A DNA stretch of 64,000 nucleotides from Felis catus. Taxonomy: Eukaryota. Below the pieces are notes generated by a model that did not search any database, was not told the origin of the DNA, and saw only the letters and a program-made list of their open reading frames with translations. The stretch lies in the NCBI RefSeq assembly GCF_018350175.1, contig NC_058368.1, forward strand, positions 83,702,001 through 83,766,000. The letters are read 5' to 3'. The stretch's first letter is position 1. Each line of letters starts with the position of its first letter. Below, piece by piece: positions 51,651-64,000 of the stretch. The position numbers and the translations under genes were made by a program.

Positions 51651-52295
51651 GACAAGTACAAGATAATAAAGCTGATGGAAATAGATGTAAAAATTCTCAA
51701 CAAAGTATTATCAAACTACATTCAAAAATGCATTAAAAACATCATTTACCATGATTAAGTGGGATTTATCCCAAGAATCCAGGATGGTTCAACATTTGTG
51801 AATTTTTAATTAACATAATATGCTTCATTAACAAAATGAAGGATAAAAATTATGTGATCATCTCAATAGATGCGCAAAAAGCATTTGACAAAATTTATCA
51901 TCTATTTGTTATGAAAACTGACAACAAAGTAGGATCAGAAAAACACACCTCAACATAATAAAGGCCACATATGAAACACCGACAACTAATATACTAGTAG
52001 TGAGAAACTGAGGTTTTCCTTTTTGTCAGGATCAGGAACAAGACAAGATGTCTACTCTCACTAATTTTAGTCAATCATAGTACTAGAAGTCTTAGTCAAA
52101 GCAGTTAGACAACAACAACAGAAAAGTCATCCATATTGGTAAAGAAGAACTTAAACTGTCATTATTTGCAAATAGCATGACACTATATACATAACAAACT
52201 CTGAAGAATGCCCCCTAAAACTATCAGAAATAATAAATGAATTCAGCAAATTTGCAGTATACAAAATTAATACCTAGAAATCTGTAGCATTCTAT
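51106..52295 (+). mobile_element. Inverted LINE-1 ORF2 segment
   Basis: Sense ORF2 (LLETYKFPKLNQKDIENLSGPITSKKI) through to a KSVAF-like sequence; (CA)n at about 51610-51648. Confidence 0.82.
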
Positions 52296-52834
52296 ATCAT
52301 ATATTTATCCTTCTCAGTCTGACTTACCTTTATCCATGTTGTAGCAAAAGGCAAGAGCTCATCTTTTGGATAAATACCCAGTAGTAGAATTATAGAATTA
52401 TATGGCATTTATATTTTTAAGTTTTTGAGGAACATCCATACTGTTTTCCACAATGACTGTACCAATTTAAATTAATGAAATTGTTTCCTTAATTTGTCTT
52501 TCTGTTAAATTGTATATATTATTATAACTTATTTTTGTATATTTATTTTATATCCTGAACTTCACTTAATTTATTAGTTTCATAGTGTTATTTTAAGGAA
52601 ATTTAGGGTGTTCTACATGTAGTGTAATGTCACCTGCAAATAGAGACAATTTTACATCCTAAGTTGGCTAAAACTTGTGAAGGTAGACATTCTTGTCTTG
52701 TCTCTAATCATAGAGGAAAAGTTCAAAATTTTTCATCATTGAATATTATGTAACCTATGGGCTTGTCCTGTCTGGTATACATTATGTTTTAGGAAATAAT
52801 ATATAACCTTCTATAACCATTTTTCAAGCTTTTA

Positions 52835-53076
52835 TTTATTTATTTATTTGTTGTTGTTGTTGTTGTTGTTTTTCAACGTTTATTTATTTTTGGGACAGAG
52901 AGAGACAGAGCATGAACGGGGGAGGGGCAGAGAGAGAGGGAGACACAGAATCGGAAACAGGCTCCAGGCTCTAAGCCATCAGCCCAGAGCCTGATGCGGG
53001 GCTCGAACTCAGGGACCGCGAGATCGTGACCTGGCTGATGTCGGACGCTTAACCGACTGCGCCACCCAGGCGCCCC
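52835..53076 (-). mobile_element. Young felid Can-SINE with (TTG)n/(TTTA)n tail
   Basis: Perfect 19-bp TSD accatttttcaagctttta at 52816-52834 and 53077-53095; CpGs retained. Confidence 0.95.
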
Positions 53077-53254
53077 ACCATTTTTCAAGCTTTTAAAGTG
53101 AAACAATAATTAATATTATCAAATGATTTTTCAACATCTATTAAGATAATCATGTGATTTTTTAAACTTGTATTCTATTAATATGGCATATCACATTTGT
53201 TGATTTGTATCATTGCTTTCCAGAGATAAATCTTGCTTATCGTGTTATATTTAA

Positions 53255-53476
53255 TATGTTTAAAAAATGTTTTTATCATTTATTTATTTTTGAGAGACAG
53301 GGAGAGACAGAGTGTGAGAGGGAGAGGAGCAGAAATAAAGGAAGACACAAAATCCAAAACAGGATCCAGGCTCTGAGCTGTCAGCACAGAGCCCAATGCA
53401 GGGCTTGAATTCACAAACTGTGAGATCATAACCTGAGTTGAAGTTGGACGCTTAACTGAGCCACCCAGGGGTCCCT
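53255..53476 (-). mobile_element. Can-SINE
   Basis: Antisense SINE ending gagccacccaggggtcccc. Confidence 0.88.
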
Positions 53477-53535
53477 AATATATTTTATAGCATATGTTTA
53501 ATATGCTATAGAAATTGTTTTGCTAATATTCTCTT

Positions 53536-53820
53536 AATTTATTTTTTAAAAAATTTACATCTAAATTAGTTAGCATATAGTGCAACAATGATTTCAGGAG
53601 TAGATTCCTTAGTGCCCCTTACCCATTTAGCCCATCCCCCCTTCCACAACACCTCCAGTAACCCTCTGTTTGTTCTCCATATTTTTGAGTCTCTTATGTT
53701 TTGTCCCCTTCCCTGTTTTTATATTATTTTTGTTTCCTTTCCCTTGTGTTCATCTCTTTTGTCTCTTAAAGTCCTCATATGAGTAGAGTCATATATTTGT
53801 CTTTCTCTGACTAATTTCAC
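53536..53820 (-). mobile_element. Short L1 3'-end insertion of the same type as the 3' UTR at 12889
   Basis: Closely similar to 12920-13180; TSD ttgctaatatt(c/t)tctt at 53520 and 53821. Confidence 0.88.
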
Positions 53821-54369
53821 TTGCTAATATTTTCTTGAGAATTTATGCATCTATATCCGTTGTGGATGTATATCTATAGTTTCCATAGAGGGTTTTTATC
53901 TGGTTATGGTGTAATGCTAATGCTGCTCTTAAAAAATAATTTTTGAGTTATTTCTTTCTCTTTTATTCTTCAATTAGTTTGAGTGAAACTGATTTTAATT
54001 TTTCTTAAAGTGTTTGGCAGAATTCACCAGTGAAGAAATCAGGACTTTTCTTTATTGGGATGCTTTTGATTATAATTTGATTCCTTACTTCTAATTGCCT
54101 GTTCTATTTTTATTTTTTTTATAATTCAGTATTGGAATTCAACATTTCTTCTAAGACTTCCAATTTGTAATATTGTTCATACTAGTCTCATAATCCTTCT
54201 CCTGTGACCTATTTTAATGCCCCCTCTTTGGTTTACAATTGATTTATTTGATTTCTCCCAATTTTATACTTGGGTGTTATAGCTAAAGTGTTACCTATCT
54301 ATTTTGTCTTTGTTAAAATCTAACTTTCAGTTCAATTTATCATTTGAACTGAAAAATTAAAAACTGACC

Positions 54370-57300
54370 TTTTTAATTTTATTTAATTTTAATTATTTAA
54401 TTTATTTTAGTTATTTTAATTCAAATTACTTAATGTATAGTGTAGTATTGGTTTTAGGAGTGGAATTTAATGATTCATCACTTACAAATAACACCCAGTG
54501 CTAATCCTAGCAAGTACCCTTCTTAATGTCCATCACCCATTTGGCTCATCCCCCACCCTCTAACCCTCCAGCAACCCTTAGTTTGTTCTCTGTATTTAAG
54601 AGTCTCTTATGATTTGTCTCCATCTTTTTATTTTTCTTTTCCTTGCCCTATGCTCTTCTCTTTTGTTTCTTAAATCACATATATGAGATAAATCATATGG
54701 TATTTGTGTTTTTCTGACTGATTTATTTCATTTAGCATAATACATTCGAGTTCCATCCATGTGATTGCAAATGGTAGGATTTTATTCATTTTTGATTGCT
54801 GAATAATATTACATTGTAGACATATGACACATTATATTTACACATTAATCAATATGGACATTTGGGCTCTTTCCATAATTTGGCTAATATTGGTAGTGTT
54901 TCCATAAACATTGGGGTGCATGTGCCCTTTTGAATCAACATTTTTGTATCCTTTGTATACAATTGCTAAGTCATAGGTTAGCTCTATTTTTTTTAGTTTT
55001 TGAGAAACCTCCACATAGTTTTCCAGATTAACTGCACCCGTTTGCATGCCAACCAGCAATGCAAAAGTGTTCCTCTTTCTCCATATGCTTGTCAACATCT
55101 ATTGTTTTGGGAGTTGTTGATTTTAGCCATTCTGACAGATGTGAGTTTTGATTTCTATTTGGTTTGTATCATCATGGTTTTGATTTGTACTTCCCTGATG
55201 ATGAATGATGTTTAGAATCTTTTCATGTATCTGTTAGCCATCTGAATGTCTTTGGAAAAGTGTCTGTACATGTCCTCTGCCTATTTCTTCACTGGATAAT
55301 TTGTTTTTGGGGTGTTCATTTTGATAAGTTTTATATCAATTTTGGATACTAACACATTATCTGAGGTCATTTCCAAATATCTGCTTCCATTCCATCAGTT
55401 GCCTTTTAATTTTCTTGATTGTTTCCTTTGCTCTGCAGAAGCTTTTTATCTTGAGGAGGTACCAATAGTTCATTTTTGCTTTTGCTTACTTTGTCTCAAG
55501 AGACATGTCTAGTAAGAAGTTGCTGTGGCCAAGGTGAACAAGGTTGCTGCCTATTTTCTCCTCTAGAATTTTGATGCTCTCCTGTCTCACATTTAGGTCC
55601 TTCATCCATTTGGAATTAATGTATGTGTATGGTGTAAGAAAGTGTTCCAATCATTCTTCATGTCACTGTCCAGTTTTCCCAACACCATTTGCTGAAGGCA
55701 CTGTCTTCTTTCCATTGGATATTCTTTCCTACTTTGCCAAAGATTAGTTGGCCATATATTTGTAGGTCTTTGACTTCTCTATTCTGTCCCATTGATCCAA
55801 GTGTCTGTTTTATAAGAATGAATAGTTTTTCATTTCTTTGTGTCTTCTTCAAATTCTTTCATATGCTATCTATACTTTTCAGTATATGGATCTTTACTTC
55901 TTTAGTTCGGTTTATTTCTAAACATGGATTTTGGTGCAATTGTAAATGGGATTGATTCTTTGATTTCTATTCCTGTTGTTTTATTATTGACACATAGAAC
56001 TGCAACCAATTTCTGTACATTGATTTTATATCCTGTGACTTTGATGAATTCATATATCAGTTGTAGCAGTTTTATGATGGACCCTTTTGGGTTTTCCACA
56101 TAAAGTATCATGTCATCTGTGAAGAGTGAACATTTGATTTTTTCCTTGCCAATTTATATGCCTTTTGTTTTTGTTTTTATTTTCTGATTGCTGAGGCTAA
56201 GGCTTCCCGTACTATGTTGAACAACAATGTTGAGAGTGTACATCCCTCTGATGTTCCTGACCTTAAGGTGAGAGCTATCAGTTTTTTCCAATTAAAGATG
56301 ATATTAGCTATGGGTCTTTCATATACGACCTTTATGATGTTGAGGTATTCCTCTATACCTACTTTATTAAGGGTTTTTTTCTCGTTTATTAAGATATTTT
56401 TTTTCAAATGCTTTTTCTGCACCTATTGACAAGATCATATAATTCTTATATTTTCTTTCATTAATGTGGTGTATCACATTAATTGATTTGTGAATAATTA
56501 ACCAGCCCTGCAGACCAGGAATAAATGCCATCGTGAAAAATTATTTTAATCATGACATAGTGCCCATCTTCATCTCTTATTACACCATTTGTTTTAAAAT
56601 CTAATTTGTCTGTTATAAGGATAGCTACTCCAGCTACTTTTGTGATCTCCATTACTATGATATATGGTTCTTCATCCCCTCACTTTCAATCCACAGATGT
56701 CTTTAGGTTTAAAATTAGTCTCTTATAGTATCTTATGCTTTTTTGTTTGTTTGTTTTGTTTTGTTTTCTATGCTGATACCTTATGTCTTTCGATGGGAGC
56801 ATTTAGTGCATTTACATTCAGTGATTATTTAAAGATATTAATTTAATGTCATTTTATTACCCATATAATTGATGTTTCTGGTGATGTTTTCTGGTTCTTT
56901 CTGGTCTTTGTTGCTTTGGTCACCGTTTTTTTTCTCTAACTCAGAGTCCCCCTTAAAATTTTTGCAAGCCTGGTTTAATGGTCATGAACTCCTTTAGTTT
57001 TTGTTTGTCTGGGAAACTCTTTATCTCTCCTATTCTAAATGGCAGCCTTGCTGGATAAAGAAGTATTGCCTGCAAATTTTTCTCATTCAGAACTTTGAGT
57101 ATTTCCTGTCATTCCCTTTTGGTCTGCCATGTTTCAGTGGACAGGTCTGATGCTAACATTATGTGCCTACTCTTTTAGGACCTTTGTCCCTAGCTGTTTT
57201 CAGAATTTTATCTTTATCAATGTATTTTCCAAGTATCACTATGATATGTCATGATGTTGACTTTTTTTTTTTTTATTTTGAATGAACTCTGTGATTCTTG

Positions 57301-59632
57301 GACTTAAACGCCTGTTTCCTTCCCCAAATCAGGGAAGTTCTCCTCTAAAATCTATTCAAATAAGTCTTCTGTCCTTTTTCCACTCTTCTGCTTCTGAGAT
57401 TCCTATAATCAGATATTGTTTCATTTGATGGAATCAATAAGTTCCTTATGTATCCCCTCATAATCTAATAGTTTCCTTTCCCTCTTCTTTTCAGCTTCAT
57501 ACAATTTTATCTTGTATATCACCTATTCTCTCCTAAGCTTCTTCAATCCTTGATGTTACTGTGCCCAGTTGGTTTTGCATCTCAGTTATAGCATTTTTTA
57601 TTTCAGCCTGACTAGTGTTTAGGTCTTTGATCTCTGCAACAAGGGTTTCTCTGATGTCTTCTATGCTTTTTCAAGCCCAGCTAGGACTGTTGTTCTAAAT
57701 TCTTGTTCAGATATATTACTTACATCTGTTGTGAACAAGCTCCTGGCTGTAATTTCTTCTTGGCCTTTCTTTTGGGGAAAATTCTTCCATTATGTCATTT
57801 TGACTAAGTTACTGTTTTTTGCGTGTTTTAACACTTGCTATATTTTCTGCACCTGGAAATGCTACTATATTAAAAAGAGGTCATACACTGTCCAGGGCCT
57901 GGGGCTTCAGAAATTGTTTCTGGCATATGGTGTGTGCACTCTGTTGTTGAATTTTGGCTGTTCTCTCTCACTGGTAAGTCCTCTGCAGTGGTCCTTGATT
58001 GTAGTAGGGAGTGTTTGGAACTTTTACTAGGTGTTCTTTGATTTTTGTTGTTGTTGCTGTTGTAGAATAAGCCTGGGGGGAAAGGGAGAAAAAGATCTAA
58101 TCCCAAAAAAGAGAAAAGGAAAAACAAAAACACAACAAAAAAAGAGAATAAAAACTATAAGGCTAATTCCAAAGAAATATAAAGAAAAAAAAAAGAAAAG
58201 AAAAAAGGAAGACTAATCAAAAGAGAAAAAAAGAAAAAAAAACAGAAAGAGAGAAAACAGGGAGAGAGAAAAGTAAGTTAAAAAAGAAAACAAATAAGAA
58301 AACAAATAAAAAAGAAAACAAATAAGAAACAGATAAGAAAAAACAAATAAGATTGATACTAAAAGAAAAAAAAAGGAAAAAGAAAAGAAAAAAGAAAAAA
58401 AATATATATAAACCTGGGTCTATTTCCATCAAAACTGCAGGTGTCATTTTGAAGCACTCAACTTTTAGTACAGTTGATGCATGTGGGGTGCTGCCTGTGC
58501 TGGTTTTCTGAAGGAGAAGCCTGCTGAGTTGGCCCAGAGTAAATCTTAGCTCAGTAAATAAGGAGTTGGCAAGCACAAGGGGCCATGATTTGATGTAAGC
58601 CAGTCCTGCTTCCACTGGGAGCCACTGTTCTGCTCTCTGAAGTCTTGCCATGTTGGTGTTGTGGGGAAAATGGTGTCACCCCAAACTCTTGTCCCTGGGA
58701 AAGGCATCTCACATCCCCACTGTTCAGGAAACTCTCACAGAATAGGAATGGCACTCAGCTTTCTCTATGCCACAGCTCTCCTGTGTTCTTTCTTTGGTGC
58801 ATGGCTGGGATTCAAAAGCCAAAGACTTAAAGGACTTGTCACTGTGCAGACCCGCCCTTCCCCCCACCCATCCTCTGGATTAGAGTTTCTCCACATTGTC
58901 TGAAGTTTTTTTCTCCCAGAATAACAGTCCCATGCCTGCACCCTGCATAGAATCTATGGTGTAGCACCAGTAAAAGCAGCAATAAGGTTTTATTCCTTCT
59001 GGGTTCTTTTCTGTCCCCCGCTGATGAAAGGCCTCTCACTGCTACCTACAGGGTCTTTTGTGTTTGGAGAGACAATATATCCTTTTCCAAAAGTACTCCA
59101 GGATAGGGAATGTGCTTTTCCAGTGTGCCCTGGAGATCTCTACACCACACTATATACTCTGGGACCAGCTCCCTCCTCCCCATGAGTGTGCACCACAACT
59201 CCACTCTGGAGAGAGATACATACTTTCCCAAACCTCAGAGTTTGAGCTCCAAATGCTGTTTGCAAAAAAAATAATCTGTAACCTTCTGTACTTCTAGCCC
59301 CACAGTCCGTGGTCTAGAGAGCTTTTCCTTTTTTTCTCTTGTGGAAACTTGATGCCACACTCACTCATTCCTCTCTCTTTCTCTCCCTTTTGTGTCTCCA
59401 CAAAAAGTGTTCTCTCCCCTCCACAGCACTGCAGTTTTTTTTCTCACCCAATTCAATGCCACACACCTTACACCTGCCAAACTGTTTCAGTCCAGCCTTG
59501 GAGTTCCTTCTGCCACTCTGCAGAGTGATTTCCTCAATGTTCCAAGTTATCTGACCTCACTACAGCTGTGTTTGAGGGATGAGGAAATCTCAGGGTCCAC
59601 CTACTTCTCCTTAATCTTAATTCCTCCCTCTA
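54370..59632 (-). mobile_element. Carnivore LINE-1 with both ends present and large internal ORF2 deletions (near 55815 and 56550)
   Basis: 3' UTR at about 54400, ORF2 fragments, ORF2 start near 56852, ORF1 about 56940-57798, A-rich tract 58080-58410, 5' UTR to about 59630. Confidence 0.88.
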
Positions 59633-59654
59633 AATTTCCCTTTTAATACACAAT

Positions 59655-59921
59655 CTTTTATTTGTTGTTTTTTAAAGTTTATTCATTTATTTTGAGAGAG
59701 AGACAGAGAGAGAGAGAGAGACAGAGAGCAAGTGGGGCAGGGGAGAGAGAGAATGAGAGAGAGAGAGAATCTTAAGTAGGCTCTGGATAAGTAGTGTGGA
59801 GCTCAATGTGAGACTCAAACTCATGAACTGTGAGATCATGACCTGAGCTGATGTCAGAGGTTTAACTGATGAGCCACCCAGGCACCCCAACACAATGTTT
59901 TGCTTTGTTGTTTAAATATTT

Positions 59922-59967
<46 letters not shown>

Positions 59968-60088
59968 CCCAAGTAGGCTCTGCATGGTCAGCACAGACCC
60001 TGATGCCAGACTCTGTCTCATGAACCATGAGTTGTGACCTCAGACAAAATCAAGAATCAGTTGCTTAACTGAGCCACCCAGACACTCC
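59655..60088 (-). mobile_element. Two tandem Can-SINEs (59655-59888 and 59898-60088)
   Basis: Two antisense SINEs separated and flanked by acacaat. Confidence 0.9.
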
Positions 60089-60089
60089 A

Positions 60090-62250
60090 ACACAATGGTT
60101 TGTAAAGGATATATTGTTTAATTTCCATATTTTTGTATATTTCCGGATGGCTGTGGTTGGAAATGATACTTGGCATATTTCAATCTACTAAATTTTCTAA
60201 GATTTATTTTGTAACTTAAAATATTTTTAATTTGACAATATTCTTTGCACGCTTGAATATAATTAATATTCTAGAGTTGTTTATGGAATTTTCTATATAT
60301 GTGTAGTAGGTTTTTGTTATAAATCATGGTTCAAGTCCAATATATATATATATATTTTTTACAGATTTTATGTGTCGATGATCTATCCTTTGTTAGTTTG
60401 TGGTTCAGAGCCCCTACTATTATTTTACTTTTATCAGTTTTTTTCCTTCTGTTACTTAGTAACTAATATATATTAGTGATCAGATTTGGTGCATAAGCAT
60501 TTCTGATTATCATACCCACATGATTAATTACTATATAATGTCTTTACCTCTTTTAATAGTTTTTGGCTTACAGCCTATGTTGTTTAATGTAAGTATTTTT
60601 ATTTCTACTCTTTGGGTTACTGCACTTTTTTGGAATATGCACTTTTATGGAATATGTTTTTCTGTTCCTTTACTTTGAGACTATTATGTTCTTAAAACTT
60701 TAGCGAGTCTCTTGTAGGCAGCATATAGTTCTATTTGGTTTTGTTTTCATCCATTCAGATATTTTATGACTTTTGATTGGAAAATTTAATCCATTTCTAT
60801 TTATTTTAAAAAATTATTAATAAGTAAGACCTTAAAAATACCATTTTATTTATTGTTTTCTGGAATTCTTTTATTAGTTTTCTTCTTAATTTTCATCTTT
60901 CTTGCTATCTTCTCTGTAAGTCAATGATTTTCCATAGTGATATATTTTAATTTTATTCTCTTTTTATTTTTCGTATCTAATGTAGGTTTTTATTTTGTGG
61001 TTACCATTTTTAAAATACTCATGAGTCTATTTCAAATTAATGATTTCAATCACTTACAAAGCTTTATCTTTTTACTTTTATATTTCTGTCATAATCAACC
61101 TCTTTTTATATTGTGTATTCATTAATAAATTAATTAATCTAATTTCTAAAATAAAGTGGTTTATACATCGCCATGCTACACTATTATGGTGTTCTGATTT
61201 TGACTGTATACTTACCTTTATCAGTGTGTTGTATATTTTCATATGGTTTGTTGTTAACTAATTAAAAATTCTTTCATTTTTTTCTTGAAGATTTCTTTTC
61301 AATATTTTTTGTAAGACACTCTAGAAGTGTTGAATTTCCTGGAAGTTTCTTTGCCATGGAAAGTTGTTACCTCACTTTCACTTCTGAAGGTCAACTTTGC
61401 TGTGTAAAGAATTCTTGGACGGAAGCTGTCTTTCTCCCAGCACTTTTCACGTATCATTGTCTTTTCAGGTCATGCTGAGAAATCTGCAGACAGTCTTACG
61501 AAGTTTCCCTTACATGAGAGACTTATTTCTCTTTGTAATGATTTCAAAATTATTTGTCTTTTATTTTTGAAAGTTTTATAATAATGTGCCCAGAGAAGAT
61601 AATTTTTGTATTGAAATTTTTGGGTGATCTATTGTCTCCATAAACTTGGATGTCCAAATATCACACCATATTTAGGAGGTTCTCAGCCACGTTTTTCTTT
61701 TTTTTTTTTTTTTTAATTTTTTTTCAACGTTTATTTATTTTTGGGACAGAGAGAGACAGAGCATGAACGGGGGAGGGGCAGAGAGAGAGGGAGACACAGA
61801 ATCGGAAACAGGCTCCAGGCTGAGCCATCAGCCCAGAGCCGGACGCGGGGCTCGAACTCACGGACCGAGAGATCGTGACCTGGCTGAAGTCGGACGCTCA
61901 ACCGACTGCGCCACCCAGGCGCCCCAACCACGTTTTTCTTAAACAAGCTTTTTGTTACCTTCTCCTTCCCTCCTACTTGGATTAGAATAATTTATAGATG
62001 TTTACTTTAATAGAATCTCATAGTTTATGCTGTTATTTTATTCAATCTTTCAATCTTTTTGTCTTTTTCCTCCTCTGACTCGATTATTTCCAATGTCCTG
62101 TCTTCTCCTTCACATTCTTTCTTCTGTTTGATTTATTTTCTGTTGATACTGTCTATGGTATTATTTATTTATTATATTTTAGCACCATTATTTTAGTTTT
62201 ATTTTATTTAAGATTTTATCTAGTTGTTAAACTTTTTTGTATATTATTTT
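60090..62250 (-). mobile_element. Old LINE-1 endonuclease and ORF1 remnant, continuing the 52470-54360 element
   Basis: gagtctcttgtaggcagcatata (antisense of CCLQET) and gctgagaaatctgc (ORF1). Confidence 0.72.
61700..61927 (-). mobile_element. Young felid Can-SINE
   Basis: CpG-rich, long poly-T; TSD ccacgtttttctt at 61687-61699 and 61928-61940. Confidence 0.95.
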
Positions 62251-62267
62251 TGAACACTGTATTTTTA

Positions 62268-63093
62268 ATTTCATTTTTCTTGAAATATAGTTGACATACA
62301 GTATTATATTAGCTTCAGATGTTCAATATATTGATTTAACAACCCTATAAATTATGCAATGTTTACCATGATATATATGGCTACCACTTAAAATTGTCAT
62401 AGAAATTTGTTACAATACTACTGACTTTATTTCCTTGCTACACTTTTCATTCCTGTGATTTATTTATTTTAATAATATAAATTTGTACCTCTTGATTTCC
62501 TTCATCTATTTGGCCAATAAGTCCTGGAAAGCAACAGTTTGTTCTTGGCATTTATGAGTTTGTCTCTGGTTTGGTTTTGTTTGTTTGTTTATTTCCTTGT
62601 TTATTTATTTATTTATTTATTAGATTTTACATGTAAGAGAAATCATAAGACAAATCATTTGTCTTTCTCTGTGTGATTATTGAGATATCACCTAATACCA
62701 TTCAAGAAGACAAGTATAAAAAAGAGAAGAAATTGCAAATGTTGTCAAGTATATGAAGAAAAGGAAACACATACACTGTTGGTGGAAATGTAAATCAGTG
62801 CAGTCACTATGGAAAAGCATATGAAGATTCTTGAGAAAACTAAAAATATAAATAATATATAATATTGTAATTCTACTTTTGGGTGTCTACTTGAAAAATG
62901 AAAATGCTAATTTTAAAAGTTAGGTGAATCATTATGTTTATTGTTTATTTATAATGGCCAAGATAGGTAAAACAATTTAGGTGTGCATCAATAGATAGAG
63001 GGAGAAAGTAAATTTGGTAACTATATACAATAGAATATTAGTGAGCCATAAAATAATGAAACAATGTAATTTTGATAATATGGATTGACCTAG
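62268..63093 (-). mobile_element. Short LINE-1 with 5' inversion (minus 62268-62680, plus 62681-63093)
   Basis: Antisense 3' UTR is joined to a sense ORF2-end segment (gagatatcacctaatacc...tatggattgacctaga). Confidence 0.78.
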
Positions 63094-63134
63094 ATTATAC
63101 CTTCTATCAGACCTGCTAGAAACACTGATATTTT

Positions 63135-64000
63135 CTCAGATGTTTTCTCTTAGTTCCTTTGCACAATTGTTGCTCCAAACTGTTGTAAATTTCTTAAAAT
63201 TGAATGCTTTCTCTGGAGGTTGCAAAGGCAAAACAGGTGCTTACAGGCTTTTCTTCTGCTTTTGCTACAGTGTTGTTGAATGATGTAGTTTACTTTATCC
63301 AAATCCTGCATATTTGAGGAGGATTTCTTTACATGTTTGACTACATATTTGCAAAATCTTAATCTTGTCACTGTTGGGAATGCTTACAGGGACCAAGACA
63401 TAGGGTGGTAGTATGGTGTACATAAGTTATGTGGAGCACTTGGGTTTCCCATGGGATTTGGGGGAATCCACAGTCTACACATCCATATTGGCAAATGAAT
63501 TGTCCTCCAAATAGAGACAGTGATGTGGTTAGTTGGTCTGCATCCTCTTCATACATTCAATCCTGAGCCTTGTCTGCAGTTTTCCCAGCTGCTAACCACC
63601 CACAGTCATGAGGATAATATCTCAGTATTCTGTATTGGGTCAGAGAGAAGTAAGCTTTTTTGGAATCTCTGTAGAGCTTTACACATCTGTGGAAGCTAAG
63701 TGCCAATTCACATAATTTCACTTTCCTTATGGGAAATCATGAGCCAAGTAATGTTATTTTGGCACTGAGCTGCCTTGGGAAGGGTTGGTGTGAATAAAGT
63801 TAATGTGTTCTTCTTACTCTCTTCCATACATCTAATCTTGGATTTTTTTTTCTTCAACAGTATGATGGAATTTTATGCTGAATTCCTGAATTTCAATAAA
63901 GTTTCTCATCTGTGAGTGATTGTCCAAATCAGCATTCTTCAGGGACTCCCATCCTGTAACCAGGAGGGGCTTGATCTGATTTATAGGCTACTTCAGTGTT
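63135..64000 (-). mobile_element. Probable old L1M 5' region running off the window
   Basis: GC-richer degenerate sequence in the position expected for the 5' UTR of the 60090-62250 element; weak recognition only. Confidence 0.4.

Larger units (their letters stand above)
52470..54360 (-). mobile_element. Old LINE-1 ORF2 middle section carrying nested inserts
   Basis: Antisense ORF2-like sequence (gtcacctgcaaatagagacaatttt, agaattcaccagtgaag). Confidence 0.7.

Noticed and set aside
58031..58651. Lys-rich and Phe-rich ORFs
   Set aside because: Translations of the A-rich low-complexity tract in an L1 5' UTR.
63447..63456. Perfect O/E-like site TCCCATGGGA
   Set aside because: Isolated, 35 kb from the OR and inside probable L1 sequence.

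Overview
Mammalian genomic DNA from a carnivore, probably a felid: it carries tRNA-derived Can-SINEs of the cat SINEC_Fc type and cat-like L1 3' UTRs. The window is AT-rich and dominated by retroelements. It has one convincing host gene, an intact intronless olfactory receptor on the minus strand (27072-28031, OR2G6-like). The rest is mostly nested LINE-1 copies of several ages, about 30 Can-SINEs (many with readable target-site duplications, TSDs), microsatellites and one gammaretrovirus-like ERV remnant (45502-46685, minus). That remnant has a complete LTR, a tRNA-Gly primer-binding site and an open 122-codon gag matrix ORF fused by deletion to an L1 3' half, and it is the most unusual structure here. 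I see no prokaryotic-type system, CRISPR array or RNA gene. Repeat boundaries were read by eye and are approximate unless a TSD pins them. Subfamily names and the orthologue call come from recalled consensus sequences, not database searches.
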